In this document: one piece after another, positions 22,784-35,788 of the stretch | How positions within the stretch are numbered: the stretch's first letter is position 1 | Layout of the letters: each line of letters opens with the position of its first letter | NCBI RefSeq assembly: GCF_004010195.1 | Contig: NC_057718.1 | Location: 7,794,707 to 7,858,706 of the forward strand | Source of the DNA: Chiloscyllium plagiosum | Taxonomy: Eukaryota | Length of the DNA: 64,000 nt | Direction of reading: 5' to 3' | The notes under the pieces: generated by a model | The model's input: only the letters and a program-made list of their open reading frames with translations | Database searches by the model: none | What the model was told of the DNA's origin: nothing | Translations under genes and position numbers: made by a program

Positions 22784-24714
22784 GCTGTGGGTGGAGCTTT
22801 GATTGAAAAGAGAGGTGAGAGTGGCAGATAAGCAGCAAGTCTGATATCTAAAAGGTAAACTCAAGGAGGGAGAAATATTTTGAGTAAAGTCAAGATAAAT
22901 TGGAAATGAGAAGGCAGAGAGTTCAATAATAAGTAGTGCATCAGTGATTAATGGTTGTGAAAAGATTACATAAGGCCTGTTAATGTGAATGACCATCAGC
23001 AATCTGCTTCATATAGAGATAAGTAGTTTTGATCTCATCTCTGCTGAGGAGATGTGGTTACAAGGTGACCAAGTATGGGAAATAAATATTCCAGGGAAGA
23101 CAAAATTTTGAAAAGACAAGCAGCATTAAAAAAACAAGGAGGCAAATCCCTGATGGTAAAGGATGAAGTTGCAATATTCGTGTATGAGCAATCTCTCGCT
23201 CTGCCCTGGCAGTTGTTATATTATTGGTTAGAGCATTACAAACAGGGAAGAGTTTACAGCAATGACAATGCAGTTACTATGGGGGACCTTACTCTTCATA
23301 ATTAATTGGGAAATGTACTGGAATTTGTAGCATGCTTTCATGAAACAGTTTCTTGAAATAATACATTGTGGAACCATTTACACATAAAGATGTTTTAGAT
23401 TTACTAGGTGCAGTGAGATAGAGATTTAATTAATAACATCATAGTAAAGGACAATCGAATAATACCAATGACACATTTGAATTCCATATCAGTTTTGTAA
23501 GTGGTGTGTGTTATGATTCCAGCTGGTGTCACTACTGGATATGTCAGATCCCAGAACAAGATCTAGTTTGATAGATAATATTTTGATTTTTATTAACATG
23601 CCAATCTTTCAGTGTACCACAGGTAGACAAGGCTGCAGTTCTATTTGTAACAATAACAATAAATTTATTATACAAAAAGAAATAAAAACAAACTAAGGCA
23701 TCTAAATCTAACACAGTTTGAAAAATTTCAATGGAGGTCATGGCCAAATAAAATCCCACTACTCCCCAGCGCTTTATAGTTCATCAAAAACTAGAGACAT
23801 TTCTATGCAATGTTTACTTGAGTTTTCTTACTTGGATCCTTACACACCTGAGGGTTTCAGTTCTCTCAGTCTTTTAATGACTTACATAATTCTACTGAAC
23901 TTACCTGGTATGGATGTTTTACAAACAACATTCACCTGTAGTGAACTATCCCCTTAACTCTTTTCTAGGGGAGAAGGTGTTTGCTTCTGACCTCAGTCAG
24001 GACTCCTTCAAATGGCCCAAAAATGTTTTGAACTGAATTTTTAAAAAGTGAAATAATTAGATAAAATAAAAAAGTGCCCATTCTAGTTAGAATTTGTGTT
24101 ATTGTCACATGTACTCAAGTACAGAAGTACAGGAATACAGTGAAAAGCTTACAGTGTCTCCCCATGTTGCACCATCTTAGGTACAAAGTACCCAGGCACA
24201 GATCTTTGTTACAAACCAGAGAAATAAAGAAAATAACTTACATTACCTACACAGTTATTCATAGTACAAGTTAGAAAAATAGGAAAAGTGTTAAACAGGT
24301 AACCATTACAGTTGAAAGAAATGGCTTAATGTTTTCTCTCAGGTTGTAAGCCACCACAATATGGAACAAGAAATCCCATTAACACTCCGAGAGGCAAAAT
24401 TGGTTTCAAGACTGACCAACGTTTTTTTAAACCTGTTCATAAAAATGGACTAACATCCATATGTCACGAGTTTAAAACTGTAACTCTAAAAAGGGGAACA
24501 TATAAAAACCACATACCTTATAAAGCTAAATACCTAGAGATGAACAAGATGGCTAAGGTAATTTTAGTAGAGACAGAAATAAATAATTTTAACTAAAGAG
24601 TGGTACTCAATTAAAGGAACACTTCAAAATGCTCAAATTTTAAAATTATTTTTAAATATTCAAAAATCTAATTCCTTTAGAAATCAAAAGCTCATTTATG
24701 CTTACCAGGAAATT

Positions 24715-25072
24715 TCAGGTCAGAAGTCACACGACACCAGGTTTTAATCCAACAGGTTTATTTGAAATCACAAGCTTTCAGAGCGCGGCTCCTTCATTGA
24801 GTGAAGTGAAGGGGAGCACACAGGCATAGAATTTATCGGCAGAGAGATCAAAAGATCATACAAATGGTGTGAGTGGAGTATCTGCAGGTGATCAAAGGTG
24901 TCAGACAGTGTGAGTAAAGTGAATAGCAAGTGAAAGGATGACCTATAATCCGATTAACAGAGAAATAATTGCAAACAATTAAAACTAAGATGGTGCTGGA
25001 GACGAACTGAATAGCTGGAATAACATGATAGGTGTAAGACTTACATGATGAGGGTCTAGCCAAATTAACAAG
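24715..25072 (-). mobile_element. Penelope-like family B-related 3' fragment (host of the MITE)
   Basis: aggtcagaagtcacacgacaccagg..ccaacaggtttatttg..caagctttcagagcgcggctccttcatt is the reverse complement of a family B terminus with a damaged hammerhead core. Confidence 0.6.
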
Positions 25073-25074
25073 TA

Positions 25075-25669
25075 CAGTGGTGACCCCGGAATCCAAACAA
25101 TCCGAACAAGTTGTTCGAACAACTTGGAATCCAAACAATTATTTCGAGAAAATTTTGCCCTAAAATCCAAACACATTTTCAGAATCCGAACACCACGTAC
25201 TGTTCAGGTCGCACATTGTTTGTTCAGTTCATCCCGGGAAGTAGTCGTGAAAGTATCTCTCGTGTGTCCATCACTAGTTTACCTCGTGTTTCCACCTTGA
25301 TTTGTGCTGGGTTTTTTTTTATTATCACCCTTGTTCATTCACCATGGCACCCAAGAAGAGCAGTGAAGCAAATAAGTGCATTCACCATTAGCACTCCTCA
25401 CTAAGGTAAATGAAGTTATTTTCATGTTAGTACATTTATTTCTTGCTTTTATTATTATTACTTGATATTTAGGTCATTTACTCATCTTATTTCACCTTAA
25501 CCATGTGTATTTGCAGTTAAAAGTGTCTTGAAAAATTTTTTTTGGGTCCAGAAACGGATTAATTCACTTTCCATTATTTCTTCTGGGGAAAATAGTTTCA
25601 GGATCTGAACTTTTCGCAATCCGAACAGCCTCCTGGAATGAATTAAAATCGGATTCCGAGTCACCACTG
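25075..25669. mobile_element. Non-autonomous Tc1/mariner (pogo/Tigger-like) DNA transposon (MITE)
   Basis: TIRs CAGTGGTGACCCCGGAATCC and GGATTCCGAGTCACCACTG, flanked by TA at 25073-25074 and 25670-25671. No transposase ORF. Confidence 0.85.
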
Positions 25670-26399
25670 TAATCCAAAACAAGGTGGACAGGAAATTTAA
25701 GGGTAGTAGTAAGTTAAACAAAGAGGCTTATTATATTGTTACAATTCACTAGAGGAATGCGCTGAAAATCAAATCGCTTTGTCACAAAGGTTAAAGATTC
25801 CATAAAAGTACTTAAAATTCCCTAATTTACCTGGTTTTTAGACACATGAAAACAGAAAGAACATAACACATACTTAACGAGAATAGCAATTTATTACTAT
25901 AGTCAATCCTAGCTCCAGCTGAGTGTTTAGGAACAATTAACATATAACTCTGCAAGTTAAAGCTCAAACAGACAAGTGGTCTCAACTCCACAGACCAAGC
26001 AGCTACTTGTCGCTGGCCGTATTGTCTTTTGCGCACAACACCAGGCTCTACTTTGTCTGCAGTAACCTCCCTTCCCTTCCCCACCAGCTTGAACAAGCAG
26101 CACTTACAATGGGTGGCAGGTTACTGCTTTGGAAAATGTCAGCAGTCCCTCAAAAATCCTTGGCTTTTCGAACAGTCACTTGCCCATTTCAGCCATGATC
26201 AAACACACGGAAAAATAAAGCACAGTTTTTTGGTGTTCTAAAAAATAACTGTCATTTTGTGGATTCAGAAAGTTTTAGAAAGCAGAAAAAAGATTACCAA
26301 AAGTGGTTGAAAAGGTGAAAAAAATGAGCTAGAATTTTTTTTTAAAAGTCTGATTGCAGCTAGATGCTTAGCTGTTTAAAACCTTTATTGAAAACTTGG

Positions 26400-28400
26400 A
26401 CAAAATGAAAGAGAAATAATGTATCTACGTTTGCTGATGATACAATATTTGGTGGGAACGTAAGCTGTGAGGAGGACACAAATCAGCTAAAACAGGTAAA
26501 CACCAGGCAAGTGAATGGGCAACAATACAGCAGATAGAGAATAATATAGGAATTAAGTCTGAGTTTTGTTTTGTTTTGGGAATAAGAAGGGAAAATTAAA
26601 ATTGGTTTTAGAAGGCATGAAACATAAATGTTGATGCTCAGAGAGAAGAGCAAAGAGACCTTGTGGTGCAGGTGCATGGTTCCTTGAAAGTGGAGTCCCA
26701 GGTAGACAGAATGGTGAGGAAGGCGTGTGGTACATATGCTTTAATTGGTCAGAACAATGGTTATAGAAGTGGAGATGTCATATTGTGCCTGCATAGGACA
26801 TTGGTGAGCACACATTTGGAACACTGTGTTCAATTCTGGTCTCCTTGCTGTAGGAAAGATGTTGTTAAACTTGAAAGGGCTCAGATAAAGGATGTTGCTG
26901 GGGTTGGAAGGTTTGAGCTATAGGGAGAGGCTGAATAGGCTGGGGCTGTTTTCCCTGGAGCATTGGAGGTTGAGGGGTGACGTTATAGAGGTTTATAAAA
27001 TCATGAGGGGCACGAATGGCATAAATACACAAAGTCTTCTTCTTGGGTTGAGGGAGCCCAGAACAAGAAGGCATAGGTTTAAGGTGAGAGGGGAAAGATA
27101 TAAAAGAGACCTAAGGGGCAACGTTTTCACACAGAGGGTGGTGCATGTGTGGAATGAGCTGCCAGATAAAGTGGTGGATGCTGGTACAATGACAGCATTT
27201 AAAAGGCATCTGATGGGGATATGAATAGGAAGGGTTTAGAGGGATATGGGCCAAATGCTGGCAAATGGGAGTGAAGGGTTTGTTTCCAGGCTGTATTTCT
27301 CTAAGACTATGACTCTGAGTGTATTTACTCATACAAGGGACACTACCAGCTAATGTGCAAGTACAGCAGGTAGTTTCTGCAAGGGAACATTGAGTTCAAA
27401 AATATCCCTGCAATTGAATAAAGCATTGATGAGTATCATGTGCTGTTTGGTCTCTGTGCTTAAGAAAGAGTATATTTGTAGGAGAGGTCTTTCAAAGAGT
27501 GGTTCCTAAAATGCTAAGATTATTCTATGATCAGAGGCTCGGTAAAATGAGTTTACATTCTCTGCACTTCAGAAGAATGAGGGTGACCTGACTGACACAT
27601 ACAGGATCCTGAAGGAGTTTGACAGGATGATCTTTCTCTGGGTGGGGAACCGAGAGCTCAACAGCACAGGCTCAGAAGAAGGGAGTGATCATTCAGTACT
27701 GAGATGAGGAGAAATTTATTCATTCAAAGGCCTGTGAAGCTGTGACACTCGCAACAGCAGAGAGCTGTGAATGCTCCGTTATAGAGGACATTTAAAAGTC
27801 TGATCGATAAGTTCTTGATTTCTCAGGGTATAGAGGAATACAGGGACTGGGAAGGAAAAGGAAAGTTGATGCACAAGGTTAGCCATAAGAACATAAGAAC
27901 TAGGAGCAGGAGTAGGCCATGAGGCCCTTCGAGCCTGCTCCGCCATTCAATAAGATCATGGCTGATCTTTTCATGCCTCAGCTCCACTGACCCACCCTCT
28001 CACCATAACCTTTAATTCCTTTACTGTTCAAAAAACTATTAATCTTTGCCTTAAAAACATTAAACGAAGGTAGCCTCAACAACTTCACTGGGCAGGGAAT
28101 TCCACAGGTTCACAGACCTTTGGGTGAAGAAATTCCTCCTCAATTCAGTCCTAAATCTGCTCCCCCTTATTTTGAGGCTATGGCCCCTAGTTCTAGTTTC
28201 ACCCACAAGTAGAAACAACCTCCCTGCTTCTATCTGATCCGTTCACATCATAACTTTATGTGTTGCAATAAGATGCCCCCCCCATTCTTATTGAAAGGTG
28301 GTGCAGGTCTGAGGGACTGAATGCTTCTATTTCTTCCATTTATATGTTCTCAACTGGCCTGGAAATGATGGGCTGAATGGTCTCTTCCAATGCAATATAA
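26400..28400 (+). mobile_element. Nested CR1/HER1 LINE fragments (younger 3' end at ~26655-27318 inside an older copy)
   Basis: tttgctgatgataca (FADDT) at ~26430. ORFs 26663-27224 encode LEHCVQFWSP..GLEGLSYRERLNRLGLFSLE..RGDVIEVYKIMRG..RGNVFTQRVVHVWNELP. Confidence 0.85.
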
Positions 28401-29121
28401 CTCTGTGGCGTTATGAAACGCAATGATTGAAAAGAGAAGGACAGTTGCAGCAGCGATGCTATTAAAAAGTGTTTTATATTGATCTGGAGTTACTTCAAAG
28501 TGCAAACTATGATCTTTGTTTCATATCGCCAGAGCATTGTGGCCATGGAATCACTGCTGATAACTGGCCTGAGTTATCACTACAATGTTTTCACCTCTAA
28601 CTGATGCCAAGTGGCCGTGCTTCCTGCAGAGTGATCTACTCACAGCGTGCTGGGATTTTTCATCCTGGAGACAGAACGGCTGCTTTCAAAGAGACGTTCG
28701 GTAAGAGATCAACTCTGCATCACATCACGTGTAGGAGCCTCAGGGTTTTATCTCCCTTCCCTTTGCTCCCAGTTTTGCTGAGCGTCCACCTTCGTTCCAC
28801 TGTCTCCAACATGAGCTCTGAGCCAGTCGAACACCAATACCTGCCTTACCACCTGTTCCTGACCCACCAATGTTGGAGTCGTCACTGTCCAAATTTGGAA
28901 ACATATTGCCGTTTCCGTCATTGTCGCTGAGTCAAAATCCTGGGCACTGTGGGTCAACCTACAGCAAGTGGACTGCAGCAGTTCAAGAAGGTAGCTCACC
29001 ACAAGGCAACTAGGGACAGGCACTGTGGGGCCCAGCCAGTGATACCCACGTCCCACGAATGAATAAAGACACACTGTGGCCCAGTGCGATACATGTTCTT
29101 TACTGGTGACTGACTGGCTGT

Positions 29122-29400
29122 CATAGAATCATAGAGTCATAGAGTCATACCGCATGGAAACAGACCCTTCGGTCCAACTCATCCATGCTGACCAGATATC
29201 CTAACCTCAGCTAGTCCCATTTGCCAGCACTTGGCCCATATCCCTCTAAACCATTCTGATTTGTCTACCCACCCAGCTGCCTTTTAAATGTTGTAATTGT
29301 ACCAGCCTCCACCACATCCTCTGGCAGCTCATTCCAGACACGCACCATCCCCCTTAGGTCCCTTTGAAACCTTTCCCCTCTCATCTTAAAACTATACCCT
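29122..29400 (-). mobile_element. HER1/CR1 3' end fragment
   Basis: (catagagt)n tail; homologous to 40790-41198. Confidence 0.75.
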
Positions 29401-31019
29401 GGCACTTGGCACTCCAGTGTGGAATGTAAGCAGAGAAGAAATTGCATTGGCACAGCAGGTGGGCATGGTGTGGAATGCACTGCCTGTGGTGGAGGCAGTT
29501 CAATTGATATACTCAAGGGGAACAGTGGAATACTTGGATAGAAATAATGTGTAGGGATATCGGGAAAAGGCAGGAGACTGGCACCAGCCATTGATGATCT
29601 GGTGCAGGCACGATGGGCTGAATAGTCTCCATCTGCTCAGTAACTATTCTGTAAATCAGTTATAACACAATCTTCGGGTTGGGTGTAGAGGATGGGGTGC
29701 AGAAATGGAAGACAAGCTTTTCTGTCACTATTTGCTGTTTCTCTCTGAGTGGAATAATAAATATATATTTGGGAATAATTTCCTGTTGGGCGTGTAAATT
29801 GAGAAACAAAATGGTGACCCCCAAGGAAGGGTGAAAGTGGGAGTGTCCATGTATGGGGATGGGGTTTTGGGGAGGAAGGGTCAGCAAAATGGTATGGTCC
29901 AAAAGTCTCCAGCTTTGAGTCTCAGACCTCATTGCCATGGAGCTGGAATGATGACACAGGCCACCACTACAGAGAGGCCCTCAGGTAAGTGAGGTCAGTG
30001 TTCAGTGAGGAACAGACAATAGAATACAGGGCTTGGCATTAGGCTACTAAATGATGCCTCATGTTTGCAAATATCCAATATGGCGGATGGTGCTTTTCCT
30101 AAAGCAATTGAATGGCTTCTCTCCTGCTTACATTTTGGAACCATAGTTGGCCTCAGAGTGCCTTGGAGTTGCTGGTCCGTTCACCAAGCTAGTTCATTGC
30201 TTTGCAAACTTTTCATCCCCCCAATTGGGTGACATCTTCAGTGCTGTGTAGCCTTCAGATAAAGCACAGTTGTGCCTGTAACTACATGTTGCACTTCCCT
30301 GGTTGTGTCTGAGCCCAGAACATAGGGATTGCATTCATCAGACAGGCACAAACATGGCAAACACATAATTTAAGAGAAACATCTTCTCACAGAGAATGCC
30401 AAGAATGTGGAACTCATAAATACAAGGCTGTCATACATGAGAGGGAGGCTTAAAGCATGAATGAGAGAGGAAGCGAATAGAGGGGCAGAATAGAAAGAGG
30501 TCATGAGTCTGGGAGGACCCTCATGGAGAGAACAAACAGCAGCAACAACGTGCATTGAGAATGTGTCCATCACAAGCAAAGCCATCATATAGTGCTCAAA
30601 AGAAGCATTAGCCAGTAGAAGTGGAGACTAGCAACACCATGTTGATATTAGGGACAAATAGCAAAGAACTTGATAAAGAGGTACATTGGAAGATTAATTA
30701 AAGGAGTGAAGCTCATGCAGAGACAGGGAGCTGAGTGATAGAATTCCTAGCCTTAGGTCTAGCCAACTGAAGACACAGTCTCATGGTGCTGTGATTTGAA
30801 TTGCCGATACACAAGAGGTAGAGGAGAGCAAATATCTCAGAGCATTGTAGGGCTGATGGAGAATACAGACATTGGGAAGGTCATTGGTGTCGAAGGAGAT
30901 TACAGTGAGAGGGAGTGCTGTTGGTGCTGAGGAGGTTACAAACATAGAGATTGTTGCATGAGGTTGCAGAGATGGGAGGGGTGGAGGAGCTTAAAGACAT
31001 TGAAGAGATGGAAATAATT

Positions 31020-31480
31020 GTATGAGGTTAGAGAGATAGGGAGGGGTGTGGGGGCTGGTGAAGGTGACAGAGAGAGGGAGGGTTGTAGGGGCTGGAGGAG
31101 GAGACAGATATAGGGAGGGATGTAGGGGCTGGAGGANNNNNNNNNNNNNNNNNNNNNNNNNNNNNNNNNNNNNNNNNNNNNNNNNNNNNNNNNNNNNNNN
31201 NNNNNNNNNNNNNNNNNNNNNNNNNNNNNNNNNNNNNNNGGTGTAGGGGTGGAGGAGTTTACAGAGATAGGGAGAGGTGTAGGGGCTGGAGGAGGTGACA
31301 GTAATAGGGAGGGATGTAGGGGCTGGAGGTGGTTACAGAGGTAGGGAGAGGTGTAGGGGTGGAGGAGGTGACAGCAATAGGGAGGGATGTAGGGGCTGGA
31401 GGAGGTGACAGCAATAGGGAGGGATGTAGGGGTGGAGGAGGTGACAGAGATAGGGAGGGGTTGCAGGGTCTGAAGGAGGT
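31020..31480. repeat. G-rich 36-37-bp minisatellite (AGGGAGGGATGTAGGGGCTGGAGGAGGTGACAGAGAT), interrupted by a 103-N gap
   Basis: Direct periodicity; gap at 31137-31239. Confidence 0.9.
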
Positions 31481-32199
31481 GATAGAAATCCAAATGGTTG
31501 ATACAACTGTTATGGCTTGGAGAATTTCTTTAAGACATTGTACCTGATTCAGGCTCTTACCCATTGCACAGACAGTGTTCAGGCAGTGATTACTCTTAAA
31601 CCGAATCTGGATCTCCAGTTAAACAGAGGACACTTCTAGAACTATGGGTACAGTGGTTGGATGGTAAGATTAATTGGAGAGGTCTATCAATGAACTAACT
31701 TATGCAGGCCGAATGGCCTCTGCCTGCACTGTTAGATACCATGAGTATTGTGTGCAGTGTTGGTCACTTTTCAGGAAAGGTGCACTGTTTATGGAGGGAG
31801 TGCTGCAGAGACTGATCCCTGGCCTAGTGAACTGTCCTGCGGGGAGAGTATGAGGAGACTGGGCCCACATCCACTAAGAGTTGAAAGGAATGAGAGACAA
31901 CCTCAGTGAAGCAGCCAACATCCTTCAAAGGCCGGGCAGGATTCATGCAAGAAGGATGGTTCCCCTGATGGGCCTTTCTGGATGAGATGAAGAGAAATTA
32001 TCTTCACTAGAGAGTTTGGTGGATCTATGGTACACTGTACCCCAGGGTGCCATGGAAACTCAATCATTCAATATGTTTAAGACAGAAATTGATCGTGTTC
32101 TGGTACTAAAGGACATTGTGAGCTGAAATGGCAATGGGGTAGATGATCTAAAATGTTTGAGGGACCAAATGGCCTCATCTTGCTCCCATGATTATCATT

Positions 32200-33012
32200 A
32201 CAGCAAGAATCGTATTGCTCTCTCTGCTTTCCTCTTATTCTATCGCATTCTCCATCTCTCTCCCTTATCCCTCCCTTTGAATTGAATTAGCCTTATTGTC
32301 ACACATCTCTCTTTCTCCCCCTCTCCACATTTTCTTTGTCTTCTCCTCCCGAGCCTCTCCCCTTTCTCCTTCCTCTCCTCTCTCTCTGTCTCTGTCTCCA
32401 GGGCTGGATTTCTCTGCAACCTGGAACCTTTCTCTCTCTCACACACACACACACACACACTCAAACGTTGTCGCTCCAGTGACTGAGCTCAAAGCGTTAG
32501 GACAGCAAATGATTTGTTGGCTGTGTGTAGGAAAGTGTTAACCCGTGGACCATGAAACACCGAGGGGCAACAACAAGAGAGCCAGAGCAGGATATTGAAA
32601 GTTGACCAGTTTCTCTTTGTTCCACATGGTGAAGCCTGGGGCAGTGTATCCTGGGCTGGGGGTAGTCTCGCCTGCTGTCCTGTATCCCCCCGGGATTGAT
32701 TTCCTCCCTTTGGTTTCTCCAGATCAGCTTTTTAACCTGGCAGGTGGTTCATAATGTGACGCTCCCAGCTCTCTCGGTGTGGGAGGGTAATTGCTATTAA
32801 CAGATAGGATTACTACAAGAGGGAGGGACTGTTAGCGAGAAGGAGAGAGAGTTTCCTGTCTGCGTGAACTGCCTGAACTCAAACCCTGCAGTAAACTCCG
32901 CAAGATGCGGACGTGTTAAGCTGCCTCCCAATCTTCTACAGAGACAGAGAGCTGCATTATCCTGGCCCCGGCAACAATACCTTGGTGCTTTTATCTGACA
33001 GCTTATGTGGAG
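32200..33012 (+). promoter_or_regulatory. Probable promoter and 5' UTR of the endothelin gene
   Basis: Unique, repeat-free stretch with locally more CpG, containing (CT)n/(CA)n tracts at 32300-32460, directly upstream of the start codon. No clear TATA box; the TSS was not located. Confidence 0.5.
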
Positions 33013-33073
33013 ATGAATTTCTTCACCCTCTCCGTCCTGGTGCTAACACTCCAGCCGCCTCTCACTCCAGAAG
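33013..33073 (+). CDS. edn4: Preproendothelin exon 1 (signal peptide MNFFTLSVLVLTLQPPLTPE-G)
   Basis: ATG with G at -3, in-frame upstream stop TAA at 32917-32919, hydrophobic core FFTLSVLVLTL and consensus donor AAG|gtaagt. The phase 1 junction joins exon 2 in frame, as in vertebrate EDN genes. Confidence 0.8.
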
Positions 33074-33899
33074 GTAAGTCCTAACAGCTTTGCAATCTCT
33101 ACCTTCCGGGAGCGAGAGGGGATCGTAATCGGGAGGGAGGGTCGCAATAGATGCAACTGTCCCCTCAGCCCTCAAGATAGACAGAGTGAAGGTGACACCA
33201 GCGGCAGAGCATTGCCTCAACCTGAGATTACATAACACACGCACACACAAACATAAATACAAGAAATGTTGTAGAAGGAATAGGTGCTGACATTATTTTC
33301 TGCTTCAGCTTTAACAGATTATCCATATGTGTATATACCAGAATGCAGGTGTTTATGTCAGCCCACCACCTTTTCAATTGACTCTTCCATCTGCTTGACT
33401 ATATTTTTAAAAATCTACCTTTTTTTTAAAATCTTTTAATTAAACTTCAGTTCGTTTACGTTAAAGTACCTTCTGGTTCCCTTGAGCACAGGAGTAAAGA
33501 TTTCTGCATCCCCCTCTCCACCCCCATCCCCTTGGAACAAGATATATCTCAAACAGCAGGCAGCTGCAGGGGGAGCTTTCAAAGCCGTCAGTACCAGAGA
33601 TGAAAAGCTGATCGTGTTTCCTCAACAGGTGAAACTACTTCATTACCATTCCACATAACCTCAGGAATGTGACTGGGAGAGACAGCTCCTGGCATGGACT
33701 AGCTGCTTTGGTCAGTGTGGGATCTGCTGCCTGCAGTACTCTGGAACGACGCCCCTGATATAGTGACCAGTGTGCCTGTCAAATGGTCAAACAGAAATAG
33801 CACACTGTCATTGAGAGGGTGAGAACATGCTGTGGACAGTATGTTTCACAAAGGCGCTGCTGATCAAATCTACTGTGTGCACTGTCTGTTGGCCCCAGT

Positions 33900-34620
33900 T
33901 TCTTCCTAATTCACTCACGAGGTGTCAGAGCCAATGATAAGCCCAACATTGGTTGCCTATTGCTTTGAGAAGGTGGTGGTGAGCTGCCTTCTTGAATTCC
34001 TGTACTGTAGATACACCCACAATTCTGTTAGGGAGGGAGTCTTGACCCAGCCACACTGAAGGAATGGGGATATATTTCCAAGTCAGGATGATAAGTGGCA
34101 TGGAGGGGATCTTGCATGTGGTGATGTTCCCATCTATCTGCTGTCCGTTCCCTTACAGATGATAGAGGATATGGATTTGCTGTATGCAGACCCTTTCAGA
34201 TGGTACACATTGTGCATCTCTAGTTGAGGGAATGGATGTTGAGGGAACTGGATTGGATGCCAATGAAGTGGGCAGCTTGGTATTGAGCTTCTTGAGTGTT
34301 GTTGAAGTTGCAATCATTCAGAAAAGTGGACAATATAACATCACACCATCATTACCATCTTCCAGCTGGTGGACTGGCTTTGGGGAGTCAGTAGGGTGAG
34401 TTAATCACACCAGGTTCCTAGCCTCTCACCAGTTTTCATGGCCACAGTGTTTACATGGCTAATCCATTTGCATTTCTGGTCAATGGTAATCCCAAGGATG
34501 CTGATAGAGAGAGGTTCAGTGATGGGAATGTCAATGGGAGATGGATAGATTCTGTTTTATTGGAGAGGCCCATTGCATGGCACACGTATGGCACGAATAT
34601 TCATTGACACCTAGCAACCC
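33900..34620 (-). mobile_element. Degenerate CR1-type LINE/SINE 3' region
   Basis: Homologous to 39405-39940 and to the tail of the second SINE family. Confidence 0.6.
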
Positions 34621-34627
34621 ATGGTTG

Positions 34628-35788
34628 CTTATTTCAGTAAGGCATTTGATTAGATTCCCCATGGTAAGCTCATTCAGAAAGTTAGGAGGAATGGGATACA
34701 GGGAAATTAAGCTGTGTGGGTTTAAAATTAGCTGGCTGAAAGAAGACAGAATGGTAGTGGATGGAAAGTATTCCACTTGGAGGGCGCTGACCAGTGGTGT
34801 CCTGCAGATATCGGTTCTTGGGCCTCTGCTCTTTGCAGTTTTTATAAATGACTTGGATGAAGAAGTGGAAGGGTGGGTTAGTAAGTTTGCCGATGACACA
34901 ACGGTCAATGGTGTTGTAGATAGTGTCAATAGTGTAGATAGTGTCGAGGGCTGTTGCAGGCTACAACATGACATTGACAGGATGCAGAGCTGGGCTGAAA
35001 AGTGGCAGATGGAGTTCAACCTGGATAAATGCAAAGTGATTCATTTTGGAAGGTCAAATTTGAATGCTGAATACAGGGTTAATGACAGGATTCTTGGCAG
35101 TGTGGAGGAACAGCGGGATCTTGGAGTCCATGTATATATATCCCTCAAAGTAGCCACCCAAATTGATAGGGTTGTTAAGAACGTGTATGGTGTTTTGGCT
35201 TTCATTAACAGTGGGATTGAGTTTAAGAGCTATGAGGTTTTGCTACCTGGTTACATCACGTTTGGAATATTATATCCAATTTTGGTTGCCTCATTATAGG
35301 AACGATGTAGCTGCTTTCGAGAGCATGCACAGGAGATTTACCAGGATGCTGCCTGAATTGGAGAGCTTGTCTTATGAAGTGAGGTTAAGTGAGCTAGGGC
35401 TTTTCATACTGGAGAGAAGGAAGAAAGGCGACTTGATAGAGGTGTACAAGGTAATGAGAGGCACAGAGAGAGTAGATAGCCAGAGACCTTTCCCCAGGGC
35501 AGAAATGGATGTCACGAGGGGTTGTAATTTTAAGGTGATTGGAGGAAGGTGTAGGGATGATGTCAGAGGTAGAGTCTTTACGCAGAGAGTGGTGGGGGCA
35601 TGGAATGTACTGCCAGCGGTGGGAGTAGAGTCAGAGATATTAGGGACATCTAAGTGACTGCTGGACAAGAACATGGACAGAAGTAAATTGAGGGGGGTGT
35701 AGGTTAAGTTGATCTTAGACTAAGACAAATGCTCGGGACAACATCGTGGGCCAAAGGGCCTGTACTGTGCTGTTCTATGTACTGTGTA
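34628..35788 (+). mobile_element. 5'-truncated CR1/HER1 LINE (RT core to 3' UTR), frameshifted
   Basis: [51 protein letters not shown], followed by the C-terminal CR1 motifs. Confidence 0.9.

Noticed and set aside
23505..24470. Possible solo LTR (tgttatga...gtcacg) inserted in an old CR1
   Set aside because: It looks like an insertion, but there is no clean TG..CA end or TSD, so it cannot be classified from sequence alone.
28630..28700. AG/GT-bounded candidate exon upstream of exon 1 (also a strong donor at ~8487)
   Set aside because: No protein similarity, and it is not needed for the endothelin reading frame; it cannot be supported without transcripts.
34541..35657. Functional reverse transcriptase gene
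   Set aside because: 5'-truncated, frameshifted CR1 copy; no intact ORF2 exists in the window.
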